Positions 62,839 through 64,000 of a stretch of DNA of 64,000 nucleotides are shown one piece after another. The stretch is from the sequence record OL960580; one strand, 5' to 3'. The position numbers were made by a program, and so were the translations under genes. Position 1 is the first letter of the stretch. Every line of letters starts with the position of its first letter. This DNA is from Escherichia phage vB_EcoM_SA21RB. Under the pieces are notes generated by a model, which was given only the letters and a program-made list of their open reading frames with translations, did no database searches and was not told the origin of the DNA.

Positions 62839-63033
62839 TTATTTGAATTGTGCAATTCTTTTTTCTAAACAATCTGCGTAAGATTTCATTGAGATGAACT
62901 GTGAAAGCAGTAATTCTTGCTCAACTTCATTAATCGTTAGAAACTTTGTGCTTTCTAAAAATTTGCTCAGTGCATTAATTTTGAGCATTAATTGATCGTA
63001 TTCTTCTTTTACTCGTGCTTGATAACCTAACAT
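62839..63033 (-). CDS. hypothetical protein (position of T4 denB.1)
   Basis: 64 aa ORF flanked by GC hairpins. Confidence 0.55.
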   Translation of the reverse strand: MLGYQARVKEEYDQLMLKINALSKFLESTKFLTINEVEQELLLSQFISMKSYADCLEKRIAQFK

Positions 63034-63061
63034 AATTTTCCTTAGTTAAGGGCCGAAGCCC

Positions 63062-64000
63062 TTATTTAAATTGTTCAGTAACGTCTTCAACTACTTCGTA
63101 TTGGCAGGTACGCATTTTAGCATCGTTGTAATCAATCGGAATTGATACTACATCACGCGGATGCACTTTAACTTTTACAACTCGGCTGGTTGAACTACCA
63201 AAGTGACGAATATAAGATTTAGAACACACATGCAAACCACGAGAACAAGTTTGTGTATCATCGTCATTCACACGAGTACGTGGCATTTTAACTACTTTAC
63301 CAGGACTGTTATCAAAAGTATTTGAATGACAGTCAAAGTAATTACTGCGAACTACTTTCCAAGCATAGAAGTAACCATCTTCTGTAATTTCAATATCGTT
63401 TGCTACCAAGAAATCAAAGAGTCGAGATACCGCTTTTTGGCTCGGGTTTTCCAACAGATTTTCCAAGAACGGAAAATAAAATTCAAAGTTTTCGCCTTTT
63501 TCCATCGAATCGAGAATACGATCAACTAAACCAGATCGCAATTCAATATTTTGATAGAACAAGCTTCCACCTTCAATTCGAACATCACCGGAAATATATT
63601 TTTCAACAGCGCGACGAACATTAATTTTTTGTGCCGCTTCTTCCAATTTATCTGCAACAAGCAGATTAAGAATTTCTTGGAAGTTTGAATGAGTATTAGG
63701 AGTTGCGTTATAAGTTACACCGTCAACAGTAATTGAAATGAATTTTTTAGATGCATTCCAAATAATGTCAGATTTAGCAACTGGAGCAATAACTGCATCG
63801 CTATTAACTTTAACTGTAATATCACCGCTAATAGTAACTTTAGAGCGTTTAGCTTCTTCAGCATTTTTCAAAACACGACGGATTGTGTCAACCGATACAC
63901 CTTGCCAATCAGCCAATTCCTGTTGGGTGTAATTACCACTTGAATACAATTTAACAATTTCAGATTGTTCGTTTTTGGTCAGGCATTTAATATTGTACAT
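63062..64000 (-). CDS. rIIB: rIIB protein
   Basis: 312 aa; MYNIKCLTKNEQSEIVKLYSSGNYTQQELADWQGV...; start codon is the last three bases of the window. Confidence 0.93.
   Translation of the reverse strand: MYNIKCLTKNEQSEIVKLYSSGNYTQQELADWQGVSVDTIRRVLKNAEEAKRSKVTISGDITVKVNSDAVIAPVAKSDIIWNASKKFISITVDGVTYNATPNTHSNFQEILNLLVADKLEEAAQKINVRRAVEKYISGDVRIEGGSLFYQNIELRSGLVDRILDSMEKGENFEFYFPFLENLLENPSQKAVSRLFDFLVANDIEITEDGYFYAWKVVRSNYFDCHSNTFDNSPGKVVKMPRTRVNDDDTQTCSRGLHVCSKSYIRHFGSSTSRVVKVKVHPRDVVSIPIDYNDAKMRTCQYEVVEDVTEQFK

Overview
This window is a contiguous segment of a T-even (T4-like, Tequatrovirus-type) myovirus genome, fully syntenic with the T4 map from gene 23 to rIIB. It is AT-rich and densely packed with short translationally coupled genes, T4-type late (TATAAATA), middle (MotA box) and early (GTTTAC -35) promoters, and GC-rich tetraloop hairpin terminators. 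In order it carries: the capsid genes 23 (3' part) and 24, rnlB, hoc, inh, uvsW, uvsY, the baseplate genes 25-26-51-27-28-29-48-54, two tandem Alt-type ADP-ribosyltransferases, DNA ligase (30) with the 30.x accessory cluster (including a NADAR protein), rIII, 31, cd, pseT, a spanin pair, alc, rnlA, denA, nrdB, nrdA, td, frd, 32, 59, 33, dsbA, rnh, the long tail fibre genes 34-35-36-37-38, holin t, asiA, arn, motA, 52, stp, ndd, denB and rIIB. It is not T4 itself: td and nrdB are intron-less, no homing endonuclease genes are present, and the fibre tip is T2-type (long gp37 with a C-terminal chaperone-like domain plus a glycine-rich gp38 adhesin). The two observations most worth follow-up are a ~400 bp GC-rich, apparently non-coding structured region between rIII and a small basic ORF, and the intact tandem Alt paralog pair. 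No rRNA, tRNA, CRISPR array, integrase or transposase was found. All calls rest on reading the six-frame translations and sequence motifs by eye; no database search was run.
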